DNA of 41,705 nucleotides from NCBI GenBank assembly GCA_003990765.1, contig RBNJ01000103.1, forward strand, positions 1 to 41,705, given 5' to 3'. The translations under genes and the position numbers were made by a program. The notes under the pieces are model-generated. The model worked only from the letters and a program-made list of their open reading frames with translations. It made no database searches and had not been told where the DNA came from. Positions 10,122-23,475 of the stretch are shown here, one piece after another (the first letter of the stretch is position 1; each line of letters begins with the position of its first letter). This DNA comes from Jimgerdemannia flammicorona (taxonomy: Eukaryota).

Positions 10122-12183
10122 TGTAAGAGGGTTACTTTTTAAAGTAACTGTTATGTAGTTCTGGAAGGGTTTTCTGAAAGTTCTGGATATTTTAGAAGAC
10201 TGTTTTCTTATGGTCAAGGTCAATTTCATATGGAGTATATCCTCTACGCTTATTGATTTCAAGATTGGATTGACATCTCAACCAAAGTCCTTTTTTGGAC
10301 TAGTTCTGGATGTTCAGAATTTTCCGTATTTCAGGAAGTTCGAGAAACTAAGACCAGCTTAGTTGGATTGGCGTATCACTGCAGACAATACCCAATTAGG
10401 AAATTTCGTGATGGGGTTAGGAGTAGGACCTAACAAGGAGCGGATTTACTTAAGAGTGGTTTGTGGGTTATGGGATAGGTTTATTTACTATTCATGATAT
10501 TGCTATACTAGGAGTAGTTGTGTGAAGGGGTATTGTGGGGAAGTATTCAGGAATGTTCTTATGTGTTTGAGTCTGAGATTCTGAGGTCTGGGGGAGAGGG
10601 TATTTATACTAGTGAGGGACTATCTGAGCTATGCTAGATATGGATGTAGCACTAAGTGTCTTGCTGAGTCAGAATGCAGTCACATAGTACAAGTATAATC
10701 TGACATGTCAAGAGATCGTCTGACCACTGAGTCAGTTCACAGTCTCGTCATACAAGGCTAATCTAACTATACTATAACTGCTAGACTATTTATGGGTTTA
10801 GGCACTGTCTGGGTAGTCCTCGATGATATTACCATCAATTGCATCATCTCTGATGAAGTAGTCATCTAGGAATAATGGTTCACGGATTACTTCTCCTTGT
10901 TCACTGAGGTAATAATATATTGGAACTTCATCTCCATCCCACAAGATGGCATCATCAGTCTCATATGCTGGATAAGGTATTGGTGGGCGAAGGAGGGGTG
11001 CATCATTTTTGCTTTTGTCGGATTCACTGTCTGCATATCTTCTATAGGTTACGGCACTGTGAGTTGCGGGGTTATAGTATGCTGGTGGCTGTGGTTCATG
11101 TCACTCATACTCAGGTAGTGGAGAGGTTGGTTCAATCTCGAGGGTTGTCTAGAGGTACAGGTTGTGTTCTCCAGTCTCTTCATTATAGTTGAAGTAGTCG
11201 GGGGTGAATGCGGATTGGTATTCGTGCCAGTGGTCATTGTCCCAATAAGTCTCGTATGTAGTTATGAACTGTTGTAAGTTCATTGGCAAGGTTGGTGGAG
11301 TGATCAGAGTTGGCAGAGATCCTTGGCTAGAGGTCATGTCGGTGTCAGAGAGATCATTGTCTTCTGCTTTGTCTTCATTGAAGTGAATTATATCATAGAT
11401 GTCCTTCATGGCATATCCAACTTGGGGCATTTGCAGGATTTGATCATTGGGGTGTGGGAAGGTTCTGTCTGTGGTTTCAATATACTCAAGGTACTTGTGG
11501 TTGAGTTCTTGTATCATGTCATCGATTTGGCCATAGGACAGGATAGTAACCATTTTGCTGGTAGTAACTCAGAGGCAGGGAATAATGGTACTGTACTCGT
11601 AGAAGAGTTCTCGATGTTTGCGGGCAATGAGCTTCTGGTGTTGAGACATCTCGGTAATGTCTGTATCGTGGTGGTGTTCGACCATATCTTCCAGGAGGCA
11701 GCTGATCTGGTAGTAGCTTGAGATTTGTTCGATTCGGTGGGCCTTGCTAAGTATGTTCAGAGCATTCCATCAGGCTTCCACGAAGTAGAGGGGTGCTAGG
11801 CTATGGATATTCATGAGGGGCAGAGGGAGTGTGGCTCGGTTGACAATGGCATTCAAAATGTCAGTGCGGATATGGTTGTAGATTTCAGTGGTCATGTTTG
11901 TGTATTTGGAAGTTGTGGTTGTTGTTTGTTTTGGTTCTCTGATTCGATGCATCTCGGTGCTTGGTATATATACATTTGGTCCTGATTGGTAAGGTTCCGT
12001 TTGTATAAATCTTGTATTCTGTGACTTCATATTGACTCAGCTTTGTACACTGTGACTTCAGTTTGACTCAGCTTCATGATCAAGCAGGTGATTTACAGAT
12101 TTGTTCGAAGGTCGCATGTGATTTCAGTGGCTTGTTCAGAGGGTGACGTGTAATTTCGGTAGCTTGGGGGTTGTGTGCTTACA
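10122..12183 (-). repeat. 5' LTR (2062 bp)
   Basis: TGTAAGAGGG...GCTTACA. Colinear with 1548-3607; differences are nearly all transitions. Confidence 0.97.
10798..12030 (-). pseudogene. Second copy of the U3 ORF (1233 nt = 411 codons, no net frameshift, internal stops)
   Basis: ATG at 12030 to TAA at 10798 is divisible by 3. Stops at 11770 (TGA; CAA in the other LTR), 11149 (TAG; CAG in the other LTR) and the shared TGA near 11101. Confidence 0.7.
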
Positions 12184-13203
12184 TTAATAGCCAAGAACAT
12201 ATTTCTGAGCAATGAGATATTGTAATCATAAAAGACACCCAAACTGCCAAGACTGCAGACACTAGAAGATTCACCTCAGCTATGATATTGTAATCCACAC
12301 ATTGAAGAGAGAAGATAACAGAACTCAGATCTGAAAAGTTAAGTCAAGAAACCAGAAAGAAGGATCCTCAAGATCTATAATTTGAAATAAGATATCTTAG
12401 CCCTCATCAGACATACAATCTACCATAAATGGGTAGAAAATGCTAACAACTTTTTGGAAGCATTAGACCCCACAGGAAAGAGAGAAATTAACTATCTCTG
12501 AGACCCTTCTACTGAAGTCAGATGGTTATACCTCAATCTCAAAGCCTGGAGGCTTTCTGCCAGAGAAGCTTCAGCCCAAGGATAGCCAGAACTCAGCAAA
12601 GATGTCACCCAGTATATCCTACTACATCTCAAGGCCAAACCTCCAACCAAAGCTCACCAAGAAGATATAGGGTATGACCTCTACAGTCTGGAGGATGAAT
12701 CCATCAGATCTGGAAGAATATTGATGTTCAGAATAGAACTAGCTATGCAGTCACCCAAAGGAACTTATATTCAGTTAACCTCAAGATCTGGACTTGCCAG
12801 ATAAGAAGTAACTATAAAAGAAAGAACCATAGACCCAGGATAGACAGACAAAATTAAGATCATCTTGCATAATAGTGGCACAAAATGATATCAAATCCTT
12901 AGAGGACAGAAGATTACTCAAGCAATCTTCATGAAAATCAAGACCCCTCAATTATAAGAAGTCTCCAAACTGACCAAAGGAACAAGACAAACTGAAGGAT
13001 TTGGAAGCTCAGATAAGAAAGAAGTATATCTCCTCTAGGCCAACTACCTCAAGAAGGATGCCCTTCAGCAAGTATATTGCCAATCAGTCAAATTGCAGAA
13101 GAACCTTATCCTGGAGCCTGGAGAGCAAACCATTTTCGAAATCTTTGCACCACCCAACCCCAGGAATCTCTTCTTTGAACCCAATGAAGACATCCTGAAC
13201 CTG
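12184..13203 (+). mobile_element. Internal fragment of a second Ty3/gypsy family containing a dUTPase (12601-13015)
   Basis: Translates ...KAKPPTKAHQEDIGYDLYSLE...LTSRSGLAR*...TIDPG*TD...GQRITQAIF...RQTEGFGSS. 12368-13203 aligns with 23476-24312. Confidence 0.88.
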
Positions 13204-15085
13204 ACTCTTTGAAGAGGTCGGACATGGAGGTATGCCAGTCCTTTTCGGTGGGCGGGCGCTCGGGAATGAATACAAGGTCGGCGTCGCAGCTTTGGTGAAG
13301 GGGAGGTCGGAAGCGAAGTGAGGAGGAACACACGAGGGATCCATAATCAAACTTATAAATACCCCGTAATTATCCACCACGCCCAACCTGGATGCTTACC
13401 TAATCCCTGCCATCGATGCCGTGCCTCCACAAGACTTCAAACGCCCACTGATTGCCCATAGCTGTACTTGAAATTGAATTGATGCTCTCACAAATGCAAT
13501 GCAAGCTCGTCACAGCGACAACAGTAAAATCTGTGCTTGACATAAGGTATCCTAACAACCTGACGACATTCAGCGCCGAGCACCAACCCAGGGAACAAGC
13601 TCAGCGAGAAGGCTCGACGACTCTTATCGGAACAGGTAAGCCCCTGTTCGGGAGCCACCACCGTCCCACACGTTCAGGGCAGCAATTCTATTCTCAATTT
13701 GGTTCTCCGCGGCTTGGAGATGGTCGGAGTTTTCTTTAAATTCGCCATGCACAGTGCCGATGAAGGTACTGCCCTGGGAGGAGGGAGGGGGGGTGTGGTG
13801 AGTAGGCTTGAGCTTGTGCGGACCGAGCTGAATACTCGAAGGTTCGAGGCGTTCATACGTCCATTACAAAAAGACTGTCCCTAAGGACCACTTACGATGT
13901 GAAGGAACCCACGGACATCATTCCATACTAGCTTCTTGAATTTCTCCTTGCCGACAAGACCTACGATGTCGAAAAGGATTTTGTCAGGTGAGCGCTCCCT
14001 TACAGAAACAGGCCACCAATAACATACCGCCCCGCCCTTTCCCACACCTCGCACCTTCCCACTATCCCGACCCTAACATTGACCCTAATGCTGGCATTCA
14101 CGCCTGCATGTTGAGTGGCTTCTGGGGATGGACGATGGGGCCGTACGAGCGGTCAACTACCTCGCGCAAGAGCGGCTGCCCAACAATCGTGAACGTTAGC
14201 AGGTTGTTGAGCGGGTCCCTCTTGTAGAACTCTTTTGGGGTTTGCGAGGCTGCTAGTGAGACAGAGAGAGGCTTCGAGGAGGGCAAGGGTGTATACTTTT
14301 GGAAAGGGCGTGAGTGGGAACCAGGATTGATACAACGGTCTAAGTGAGAAGGAGGATGATCAGCGGCGGTTGTACGATCAGTTTTAGTAATATTTTTCAT
14401 TTGTGTAATCTCGGATTCCAAGTACTTTACGCGATCGATGGAATTTGATTCCGTATGTTGTGCTGCTAGCCTATACTAATTAATGAGAAAAGGGGTATGA
14501 AATTAGGTTGGAGTGGTAAGGAGTGATTTCTAATTACTTACGGTCACGAATTTTGCATTGCCAAGTCCAAGCATATGCTAACGGCTTCCTCGCTAGGAGA
14601 TTGGAATAGTGTGTTGGAGGTTCTGCGCAAAAATTCTATTGGGTGTAGGAGTGAGGGTTAATTCGTATGGGTGAATGCGTGTGTGGACGAATGCGTGTAT
14701 GCGTGTGAAGGTCGTCCCTTGACGCCACAAAGGATCGCCAATCACATGGACCAGGTCCGTTAAATAGAATTTCTATTATTTCTATTGCACTCAAAGTCTA
14801 ATCGGATGCTTTATCAAACGAACCAACATGCGATGAACGTAAGAAATATACGCTAAACCTGGCCCGTTTATTTGTAGCGAGTTAATATGCAAAAAGGTGC
14901 GATAAGGATTGAAGCTTGAAATGTCAAAGATAATTGTGACCAAACGACTAGCATTAACGACAAATTGATTCGATTATACAAAATTTTAAGAAAACTGTTG
15001 ATTGCAAAGAAACAATGAAAAATGGTCTCTTCGGAGCGAGTTTCAAGGTCAGACATTGCTCGTTGCAGAAAGATCAATATTTATA

Positions 15086-17861
15086 TCACTGGCGAGGACG
15101 TTTTTGCTTCGGCTTCGTTGGCGTCGTCATACAATCGGGCATTGCCCTTTCTTCTTTTCTCCTTTTGACAATCATTTCTTGAAAGGACGTTGCAATCGTC
15201 GGGACTCTTGTGCTCAAGGCTTTCGCCGTTTCCTGTACGGCTCTCTATAAAGTGTAAAGGGTGTATAAAGAATAACATGAAAATAAAGAATAACATGAAA
15301 AGAACGAAATAGCACTACCTTTAAAGTTACATACAATTACATTACCTTAATATTCAATATTGCTGCAAGGATTGGAAGAAGTGCTGTAATACTTTCCTCG
15401 CAATTGGGAACCTCCATTATCTCTCCTCGTTGAATTCTGCAAACAAACCCACCGGGACAGTCCATGAAAATGGGCATCATGATAAGGCCTATAAATAGTA
15501 GGTAGCAGGTGAGCATCCCCACCTCATTTCTGTTTAATTTTGTCATAAAATACTCACCCGAATGTATAATTCCGACCGTTTGCATTCTTGAACAAAGCTC
15601 TGGTTTCCAATCCGCCTTTCTCATCAACTTGGTGAGCATGTCTTTCAACGCTTTCGGCACCTTGAGTCCAGCCTCCATGAATTTCGTGCCGAAATTGTCC
15701 GTCCACTCCTTGGCTGCCTCGCCTACACCAAATTCGTCGCGGTCTCCGTTCCCAACGCTCCTTAACACCCAATCGCCTCGATGTCCTACATTGCGACGAT
15801 CATTGGATTTGCGATGGCCATTCTTTCGGAGAGCTGTTGACATGGTAATGTTTTCCCCACTTGATGGATGAGATATGAAATCCAATTAGATATTTATCAG
15901 CAAACAACAAAATTGCTAATATATAAAATATATGGCTTTTACCGAACGACAGAAATTCCTGAGAGATTGCCAAACCCTTGGTCAACTATGACATGCCATA
16001 TGTGACAATTGTACCAAGACTCCAAGTTGTTATGTTTGAGATGACCACCTTCAATTTCCCGAATCCTGTAAGATCAAACTTCAATAACTGCCATTAAGAA
16101 CTCATTGCAAGATTAAGATAATTGAAGCCTTACACTGTATGCAATGCATATCGAATGTAATCAAGATCGTGGTATGCATCACGCGTATATCCTCTCCCAA
16201 ATCGTTCGTCTTGGGAATTCAGAGTCTCCCTAACATCTGCGACCTTCATTTTCGTGCTGAATCTGCTCAGATATTCTGCGACGTCTTCGGAGAGTTGCGG
16301 AACGCTCGGTTGTGGCGCTGTAGTTATCTCTTCGAAATCCTTGTCATTGAAATGATTACGCACATTGTCGTCCTCTGTGTCCAAGATAAATGAATGTGTC
16401 CCACTGGAAATAATATAGCCAAAACTATTACCAACAAATTCTTGTAAAATTCCAAGCAAAGGAATGTCTATAGCTACTTACTGTTCGTAATTTAGACCCT
16501 TTCCGATCTTATATAGTTCCTCCTCAACGATCGTGCCGCTTTCTAGTCTCCACATTTGTGCCTTCGGCATACGGTTGAATGCCATCTTTATCTCCTTTCT
16601 GTGATAACTTGTCAACATCGGAGGGGCGGTCTGCAAGGGACAAATAACGGCACTCTTCAATTTCAACTGCATTATGATTAAAGTCCCAAACAATGAAAGC
16701 TCACCTTATCTGCCACAGGGTTTATATAATTTTTATCCTCCCTCAATTCTTTTCCTTCGTCCTCGCTTTCTTCTGGGGTGGAGTCCTTAATGAACCTTCG
16801 AAGGGCCAGCTCTTCACTTTCGGTGTCGTTGTTGCTGTCGCTGCTGTCATTGTCTTCATTGTCACCGACGTCGTCGTCAGCGCCGCCGTCGTCGTTGTCG
16901 TCGCCGCTGTCGTTGTCGTCAACGTCTCTGACGTCGTTGTCAGCGCCGTTGTCGTTGCCGCTACTGTTGTCGTCATCGTTACCGTCATTGGCGCCAGCGT
17001 CATCATTGTCGTCGTTGCCACCTTTGACTGAGTGCTGAAAAAAGAAAAACAAAATATTATTGAATTGATCGCCACCTCCAAAACAAACAATCCAAACATC
17101 TTGTAAATAAATGGAAACAAATATAACGGATTTCAGGGTAGTCTTTTCAATATCTTCCCAAAATGTGGTAACACTTTGGAATGCTTGGCGGTGGTTCTTT
17201 TGAGTGGATGTTGGAAATTAAGAAGGTAAGTAAAACATATTTGAAACGGAATAAGGCCGAAAATGTCTGGGGTTAACCAGCAAATAACGTAAAATGGATC
17301 CGCAGAGCATAAGGTCGGCAAAAAAAATTTGAAGAAAGTAGTTGGTACACAATTAAGATGCAGTTCGCAGATGACCCTCCCAGTCACATATATATATACG
17401 TATAGGGCCATCAGACGTATTCACAAAAATGATGACAAATAACAACCTACCTTGAAATTTTTTAATAGAAGTTGGCATGAATTCCTCACTTCGTCAAATT
17501 CACTTCTCGAGAACCGTTTCAGCTCCAGCAAAAATTTTGTAGCTTCTTTGCGGAAACAGAAGGTGAAATCCTTCTGATGCTGGCGAAACTCATAGAACCC
17601 AATGTGGCTGTACTCGCTGGCAGGTGTTTCTCGGAAATATTTCGAAGATGTTTGTGGCCTCACTGGTTATGGAAAAATAGACACACCGCAGTTCCAGCAA
17701 TGAAGGCGTTGCGAACACACACAGAAAAACGGTTGATAAAAGAAGGCAGGTTTACTTGTCGTTGCTGGGGTCTGGATTTTTCCTTCGGCTTTCACTTGAT
17801 TCCTAATGTATGGCTTTTGGGCAGGAGCAGCAGGTCGGTGGGGGGCTTTCTTTTTGGGCAT
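15086..17861 (-). CDS. Intron-rich (~10 exons) gene for a putative PD-(D/E)XK restriction-endonuclease-fold protein; apparently intact
   Basis: Manual GT-AG splicing gives MPKKKAPHR..., KYFRETPASEYSHIGFYEF, TFWEDIE, an acidic D/N tract, MWRLESGTIVEEELY, EHGTHSFILD, ESWYNCHIW, RGE...RKN...GHRGDWVLR...EFGVGEAAK...K.PKALKDML, GIIHSG, MDCPGGFVCRI, ending ...KQKRPRQ*. The nuclease fold is inferred from motif order. Confidence 0.8.
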
Positions 17862-18178
17862 CGTACAAAAGGGCAAATTATTGTTTTGGTGGCCTAAAAA
17901 GTAATCAGAGTGGACGTCACGTGATTTCTTGACGAATTCAGATGGATCTGCACGTGCTCACCGATAGCTATGACCACGGTTCCGTCATCTGGGAGTACGC
18001 GTAGAATAAAAATGTGTTTATTATTAAGAATGTATATACACATGAGCAGAAAACGGATATTCTTCAGGCATCGGAACTGCCTATAGTCACCTTCTTATCG
18101 GACCACATCAACCTGTCTAACAATCCCGATGCAAACGATTTTCAGCTACCACTACAGGATATTATTCGGTAAATTTGG

Positions 18179-18208
<30 letters not shown>
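18179..18208 (+). repeat. Poly(A) run, 30 nt
   Basis: Direct count. No flanking target-site duplication recognised. Confidence 0.95.
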
Positions 18209-18210
<2 letters not shown>

Positions 18211-18645
18211 CAAAAGGTACAACTGGCTACAATAATCAGTGGTTTATCTTGAACGAAAAGAAATACCGATCATACTTTAGCTTGCTGTCCGCGGTACTAA
18301 TAGCCTTAATTAGTTGCCGATTGTAATTTTCGGAAATGATTTTGGTCCTCTTTAGAGACGGAAGCTAGACTTTTTTGTTCGAATTGTTCTGTAGGGTTAG
18401 TTGTAAGTTCGTGAGAGCCGCAAAATAGTGGTTCAAGTCGCTAGACTCCTGTCCTTCTGCTTGCACGTCATCTTTTGGTATAAGTGTTTCGGGTGAATTC
18501 GGACGGCCTTCGAAAAGTACCAGTAACTTTGAACGCGGTTTCGAAGTGGACATAATGGACCTTGCGAGGCACATTTGGGTCGTCGTAGGTTGGGGAAGGT
18601 CGCAAGCTCGTTCTCCGAATAAGATGAGACTAATAGGCACTGGTT

Positions 18646-18726
18646 GGCTATTGATCATTGGGACAACGGCGGCTATTGACCATTGGCAGAACGGAGGCTA
18701 GACCATTGGTAGAACGGCGGAACGGC
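18646..18726. repeat. Short tandem repeat, ~25-bp unit x3 plus partial
   Basis: GGCTATTGATCATTGGGACAACGGC / GGCTATTGACCATTGGCAGAACGGA / GGCTAGACCATTGGTAGAACGGC. Confidence 0.85.
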
Positions 18727-19689
18727 AGTCAGATAATCAGGACGTCCGAAGTCTCCACCGGGACATCCCGGTCCCGTTAAGAATGTGCAACTCAGATATG
18801 AGTGAATGGGAGAAATTGGAAGGTGTACGTTTTTGTTGAGTGGCGTAAGAAGGGAGAATAATTATGAAACTATGATGGAACTGGTCAGTTGACATCAAAT
18901 TATAGCACGCGTCATGTACCTCCTTGCCGAACCATTCAACAACATATTGATCTCTGCCAAGTGGGGCAGTGATACAGAGGCAGGTGGGTTATTGCGTTTT
19001 TTTAGAGGCCCCCAATGGGAGAGGGTTAGGAATGGAATGACGCCATCGGAATATCTCAACGATCCATAATATGAGGCGTCGACAAGCCTCTTTGCTTTTT
19101 CTGCCGTAGTCACCGGGGGAGGGCACTGAAAAATAAACCCGGTGTGGAGTCCGACAATGGTCGGGGAAATCATTTTCACAGGAGTTAAGTGACCGTTGGA
19201 GCTCATGAATTATAATATTATCTTGCTTCACATCTGTCATCTAATGAGCGCTCCATGAATACAAATTAATGAATCTCCTTTTGACAAATCCTGATTCCAC
19301 CTAAAAGGACGCGGCATGTTGGTTCCCTGTTACGACAGAGATCATTTACTGCAGATGTCCAATATTAAACATTTCCATAACACAAATGGAGTGATCAAAT
19401 TGTGCCTCAAGAGGCAGCCATAGGTATCACATGTCCTCCGAAAGTGGTCCTGAACATCGACATGTGAACTATATCTGGGACGAAGGATCGAATTATATCT
19501 AGATTTCGGATCAGATACATATCCCATCTGGATGGGATTGCAGATCAGATAGATATTCTATATGGATGGGATTAGCATTTCGTCTGCTATCGTACATCGT
19601 CCATAATTATTCCATTGTCGATCTGCAGCCTATCAGTCTTTGCGCACTCATCTGAAGAAAAATAAATGACCATTGGGGATTGGTGGGAC

Positions 19690-19917
19690 GGTGATTATTA
19701 GCGGAAAAACAATTATGGTAAAATGCCGATTATTTGTAGAATGTCAATTATTGGCCGAAAAACAATTATTACGAGATTGACGAGCATAACTGAACAAAGT
19801 ATAGCAGAATGACAAGTATTGGCAGAATGATTATTTAACGAACGCCGATTATTATTTATAGGACAACGATGATTTTACAGAACGAGGAATATTGGCAAAA
19901 GGCGGTAATGACGATTA
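19690..19917. repeat. Degenerate ~17-19-bp repeat array
   Basis: Recurring GCCGATTATTT, AAAAACAATTAT and GCAGAATGA units. Confidence 0.6.
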
Positions 19918-20146
19918 TGCCATGATTGGGAACGTCCCGTCCGGAATACTAGTTGTTGCCTCTGCTATCTTCAACATCTCTCCCTCATTCAACTTTCGTT
20001 CTACCGCAATCTCCAAAGCTTCAACAATTCCATGCATTTCTGCACTGTCATCGTAGTCTGAACTGCGATTCCCGTAAAGTGTTAGGGATGGGCGACGCCA
20101 AATTAACAGGCGCATACACGTTATTAAACAACATGCCATTTGAGTG

Positions 20147-20621
20147 CTCGCCGTTCACCGGCCATTCTGTTCCTCGTCATTCTTCTCCTCGCCATTCCTT
20201 CGCTATGCTTCTCCTCTGTTTATTGTTAATCTACCTTATTGTTGTTCAAATATTCGACAACTGCTTGATCGTTATTCACCTGTTCATCTGCTCCCCTCAC
20301 CGGTTCGTGTTCACGCCGGTCACGCTGCGCGCTGTTCACTCTGTTCAACCTGTTCACGCGATTGTATGCCGTTCACACCATTCACAGTTCATGCCGTTCA
20401 CGCCATTCATGCCATTTGACGTAGCAGGCGAATGATGAGAAGAATGGCAAGAGAAGAATAGCAAGAGAATGGCGAGGAGGAAAATGGTAAGTATATTACG
20501 AGGAGAAGAATGACAGGCGAATGGCGAGGCAGGCGAATGGCGAGGCGAGGCAGGCGAATGGCGAGGAAGGCGAATGACGAGGAAGCAGGCGAGTAAATGG
20601 TAGGGAAGAGGAAAAGAATGG
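20147..20621. repeat. Foldback-like segment built of short repeats in inverted orientation
   Basis: Left arm CCTCGTCATTCTTCTCCTCGCCATTC (~20172) is the reverse complement of the right-arm units GAATGGCGAGG / CGAGGAGAAGAATGAC (20430-20600). GTTCAC repeats lie between the arms. Confidence 0.65.
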
Positions 20622-20895
20622 CTCTACCAGTGACATGATGCCAAGTAATACATTGAACCGAGCAGAATATATTTAATTCTTGTCACTGAGGTACGCCGAT
20701 TTGGCTGTAAAAAAAAATTTTGATGTTCATGTGAGTACCTTGAGGTATGGGGTCCATCATTACTAACTGGGCCCAGATCAAGGCCTTTTTTAAGAATCTG
20801 TGAGCCCCTAATCCCCTTGATAACAATATTTTCTGTGGCTTATAATTATATATGAGAATTTCATGTAACTGAGTTTTTTTATTCATATATCTACA

Positions 20896-21301
20896 ATGTT
20901 GTCTCCTTCTTCTACTTTGTCTTCCTTAGCTGCTCCTAATACTCCTATGCCTACATCAGCTGCCACTATCTCCAGATGGCATGACCATACCTTTGCTATT
21001 ACCTCCTTGTCCAGCCAAGCCATTGCTTGCCCATCTTCATTGTCCAAAGCTATTGCTGGCCTGTCTTTGTTATCTCAAGTTACTGCTATCTCATCCTTAT
21101 CCACCCAAGTTGCTGCTAGTTCATCATCAGCTTCTCCTGTAGACAAGTACAACATTCCTGTCAACATCCTCCTTAGCCATCTACATGTGAGTGTTTTGAA
21201 AGGATTTCTTAAACAAATAAATAGCAAATTATCTAAAGGAGTAAAGCTGTCTGGAAATATGAAAAAAAAATGAGTTGCAGGAGCAATTGATGGTGGTTTA
21301 G
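20896..21301 (+). pseudogene. Ser/Ala-rich ORF ending in a possible SAP-like motif, frameshifted in an A9 run
   Basis: LSHLHVSVLKGFLKQINSKLSKGVKLSGNMKK followed, after removing one A, by NELQEQL, which resembles L..L.V..LK..L...SG.K.EL..RL. Region is CpG-depleted. Confidence 0.35.
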
Positions 21302-22074
21302 TGATAAACATTCAAGATCCTGTCACTGTTTACCAGGCTAATTGCTAAGTTACAAGATAGATATAGTATGGCTCTGAGTCACAGCAAATCATTAAGTTAC
21401 TAAGTGAGCAGGTGAATGTCATGAAGTACTGCAACATTACTATCTTCTTGCCACTGAAACTGGTATGCATCTGAGTCAACACAAACCCAATTGCTTCGGG
21501 CACAGGGAATCCGATTGACTGAATTGTACGATTGGTCCGCATAAAACTTAAGGGATTCGGCCACTTTGCCGAAGCTTAAATCACGTGCATAACTGTATTA
21601 AAATAATAAAATAATATATGATAATATGAAATAAAAAAGATAATTCAGAATGTCAATTAAAAGCCATCTTCAAAAATTGGATTACACACGTAACTCTTCA
21701 ACACAAAGAGCGAGCAATTGCTGGGGATATCTGAATCTAACAGCTCTGTTCCATTCATATACCGCCGAGGCTCAAGTTTCCTTATGGCGACATTTGTAAT
21801 GGGTTTTTCGCCACTAACCACCCCTCAATTGTTGGGTGTCATCTTAACACAAATCCACTATGGTATCCATTAAATAGTTCGCAATCGCCACAACACTTTG
21901 TCTCATCATCATCTATCAGAATCACGTCCGCCGTGCACACAGCAAGATCATGTCTCGTCCTGATATAATTCGATAGTACCGGAAAGGATAGGAGAATCAA
22001 GGTTCACGGTGGAGCATAATGTCATTGTCGCCCTAATAAAATTAAGCATGAAAGAGAATGAACCGATGACCTAC

Positions 22075-22260
22075 TTTCTGGTTGGATGGACGCTGATATG
22101 ATAAGCAAATGGATTATTGTCGTCGGTATTCCTGGGATCTTTCAACTTGTCGATGGTAGTGTATAGCCATGCAATTTTGGTGTCTTCCACCATCCAATTC
22201 CATATCAAAAGCGGCAATGTAGTGGCCGTCTGAGGAAACGGCGATATTTACAATATGCGA
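22075..22260 (-). pseudogene. Possible WD40/beta-propeller gene remnant
   Basis: IVNIAVSSDGHYIAAFD and, in a shifted frame, AYHISVHPTRK resemble propeller blade motifs. No continuous ORF. Confidence 0.25.
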
Positions 22261-23117
22261 CGAACTCCCTCTTCTGTAGGTATTGTCACGGTTGTCGAGG
22301 GCATCTGAGTTGCGATTAGCAACATGTACTTAAGTGCCATTGAGTTTTATGCTGTAGTTATGCGCCACATAGATCACAACCCTTGTGATGACCTTGATGC
22401 CGATAATGCCACCTTTGCCATGCGTGATGTTGGTCTTTTCACTGACAGGTGCTCATACTCTGGCTCGATCATGCGAGAGGTGACATGTGGCAGCTGTAAA
22501 GAACACGATGGCCGTGTGGCTTACGGCCAGGTAGGGCTCAGAGAAAAGAAGTTTCTGGTTATTGACGTGTGAAAAGGAAACCAGAGATGGTGGCGGTGGG
22601 TTTCATGGAAGTTGTCATGGATTGTCAATAAATTCCAATTGTTCAGCAAATTACATTAATGCTATTCTACTTTGGACGCAGTTACGATTTTCAGAATCAT
22701 TGCGTCTGCATGCTCTCAGTTCAACACCTTATGCTCATGAGCACTTGTTGGAATATTGACTCTACCTTGTTGAACTTATATACCTTTTTTACATTGCCAT
22801 CAGCCAGTACATGCCTTGCTAAGAGCACGAAATTTGCAAAGATGCAGACAATCTCAAAGTTCTCAGGAACCAATATCTGATAGAGGAGGGTTTGAAGTCA
22901 TCAAGTATCAAGAGTTGATTAAGGAGTGTCAAATTATCATCATTATTATATTTTTTTCATCATACTCATCATCTGCACTCTATCTGAGTCCTGAGTGTTC
23001 ACTTTTTTCATCTTATTTTCATCACAGTTGATTAAGTTAGAGATCAAATCACTTAATTTATTATTAATGATATTATAATATATTAGTTCAATAAAGGCAA
23101 ATTTCAAGAGGAAGCAA

Positions 23118-23470
23118 TGTAGATTGGCTTGAGCTCTTAGTTACTTTATCAAAAGTAACAAAATGTTCAATAGTTTATATTAGATGAAGTATTAGAATTA
23201 TTTTAAATAGATAAAGTCTTCTTCTTAGTACTTGGTGACAAATTATCAGGCTTGGTTTTGATAAGAGAACTGAAGTTAAATCTGATAAAAAAAGCTTAAA
23301 ATCTCTTTAACAATAGCTCTTAAGTAGATATTTCTCCTAAGTATTACAATCAGTTCTTTTAGATCAAGTGACATTTAGTAGATATATCTCTAAAAGTATA
23401 TTATAGACAGACTTGTCTTTTGCTTTTAATTTAGATTATAGACTGAGATTTATTTACTTATATCTTTAAA
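23118..23470 (+). mobile_element. LTR-like fragment related to the LTR starting at 28670 (opposite strand)
   Basis: TGTAGATTGGCTTGAGCTCTTAGTTACTTTATCAAAAGTAACAAAATGTTC matches the reverse complement of ~28619-28670. Right boundary uncertain. Confidence 0.55.
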
Positions 23471-23475
23471 ATATT

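Larger units (their letters stand above)
1548..12183 (-). mobile_element. Full-length decayed chromovirus (Ty3/gypsy): LTR-PBS-gag(CCHC)-dUTPase-PR-RT-RH-IN-chromodomain-PPT-LTR
   Basis: Two direct TG...CA repeats (1548-3607, 10122-12183), PBS, PPT and all domains in gypsy order. Many stops, mostly TGA/TAG/TAA explained by C>T changes. Confidence 0.97.

Noticed and set aside
16693-17120. Thr-rich, Val-rich and Ser/Leu-rich ORFs (mucin-like or membrane-like)
   Set aside because: Alternative frames of a GAC/AAC-rich exon. Only the acidic frame splices in phase with the neighbouring exons.
18000-18210. Retrocopy or SINE ending in the A30 run
   Set aside because: No TSD, no A/B boxes and no recognisable parent sequence.
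18365-19560. Short minus-strand ORFs as a gene
   Set aside because: No recognisable motifs or consistent splice path found.
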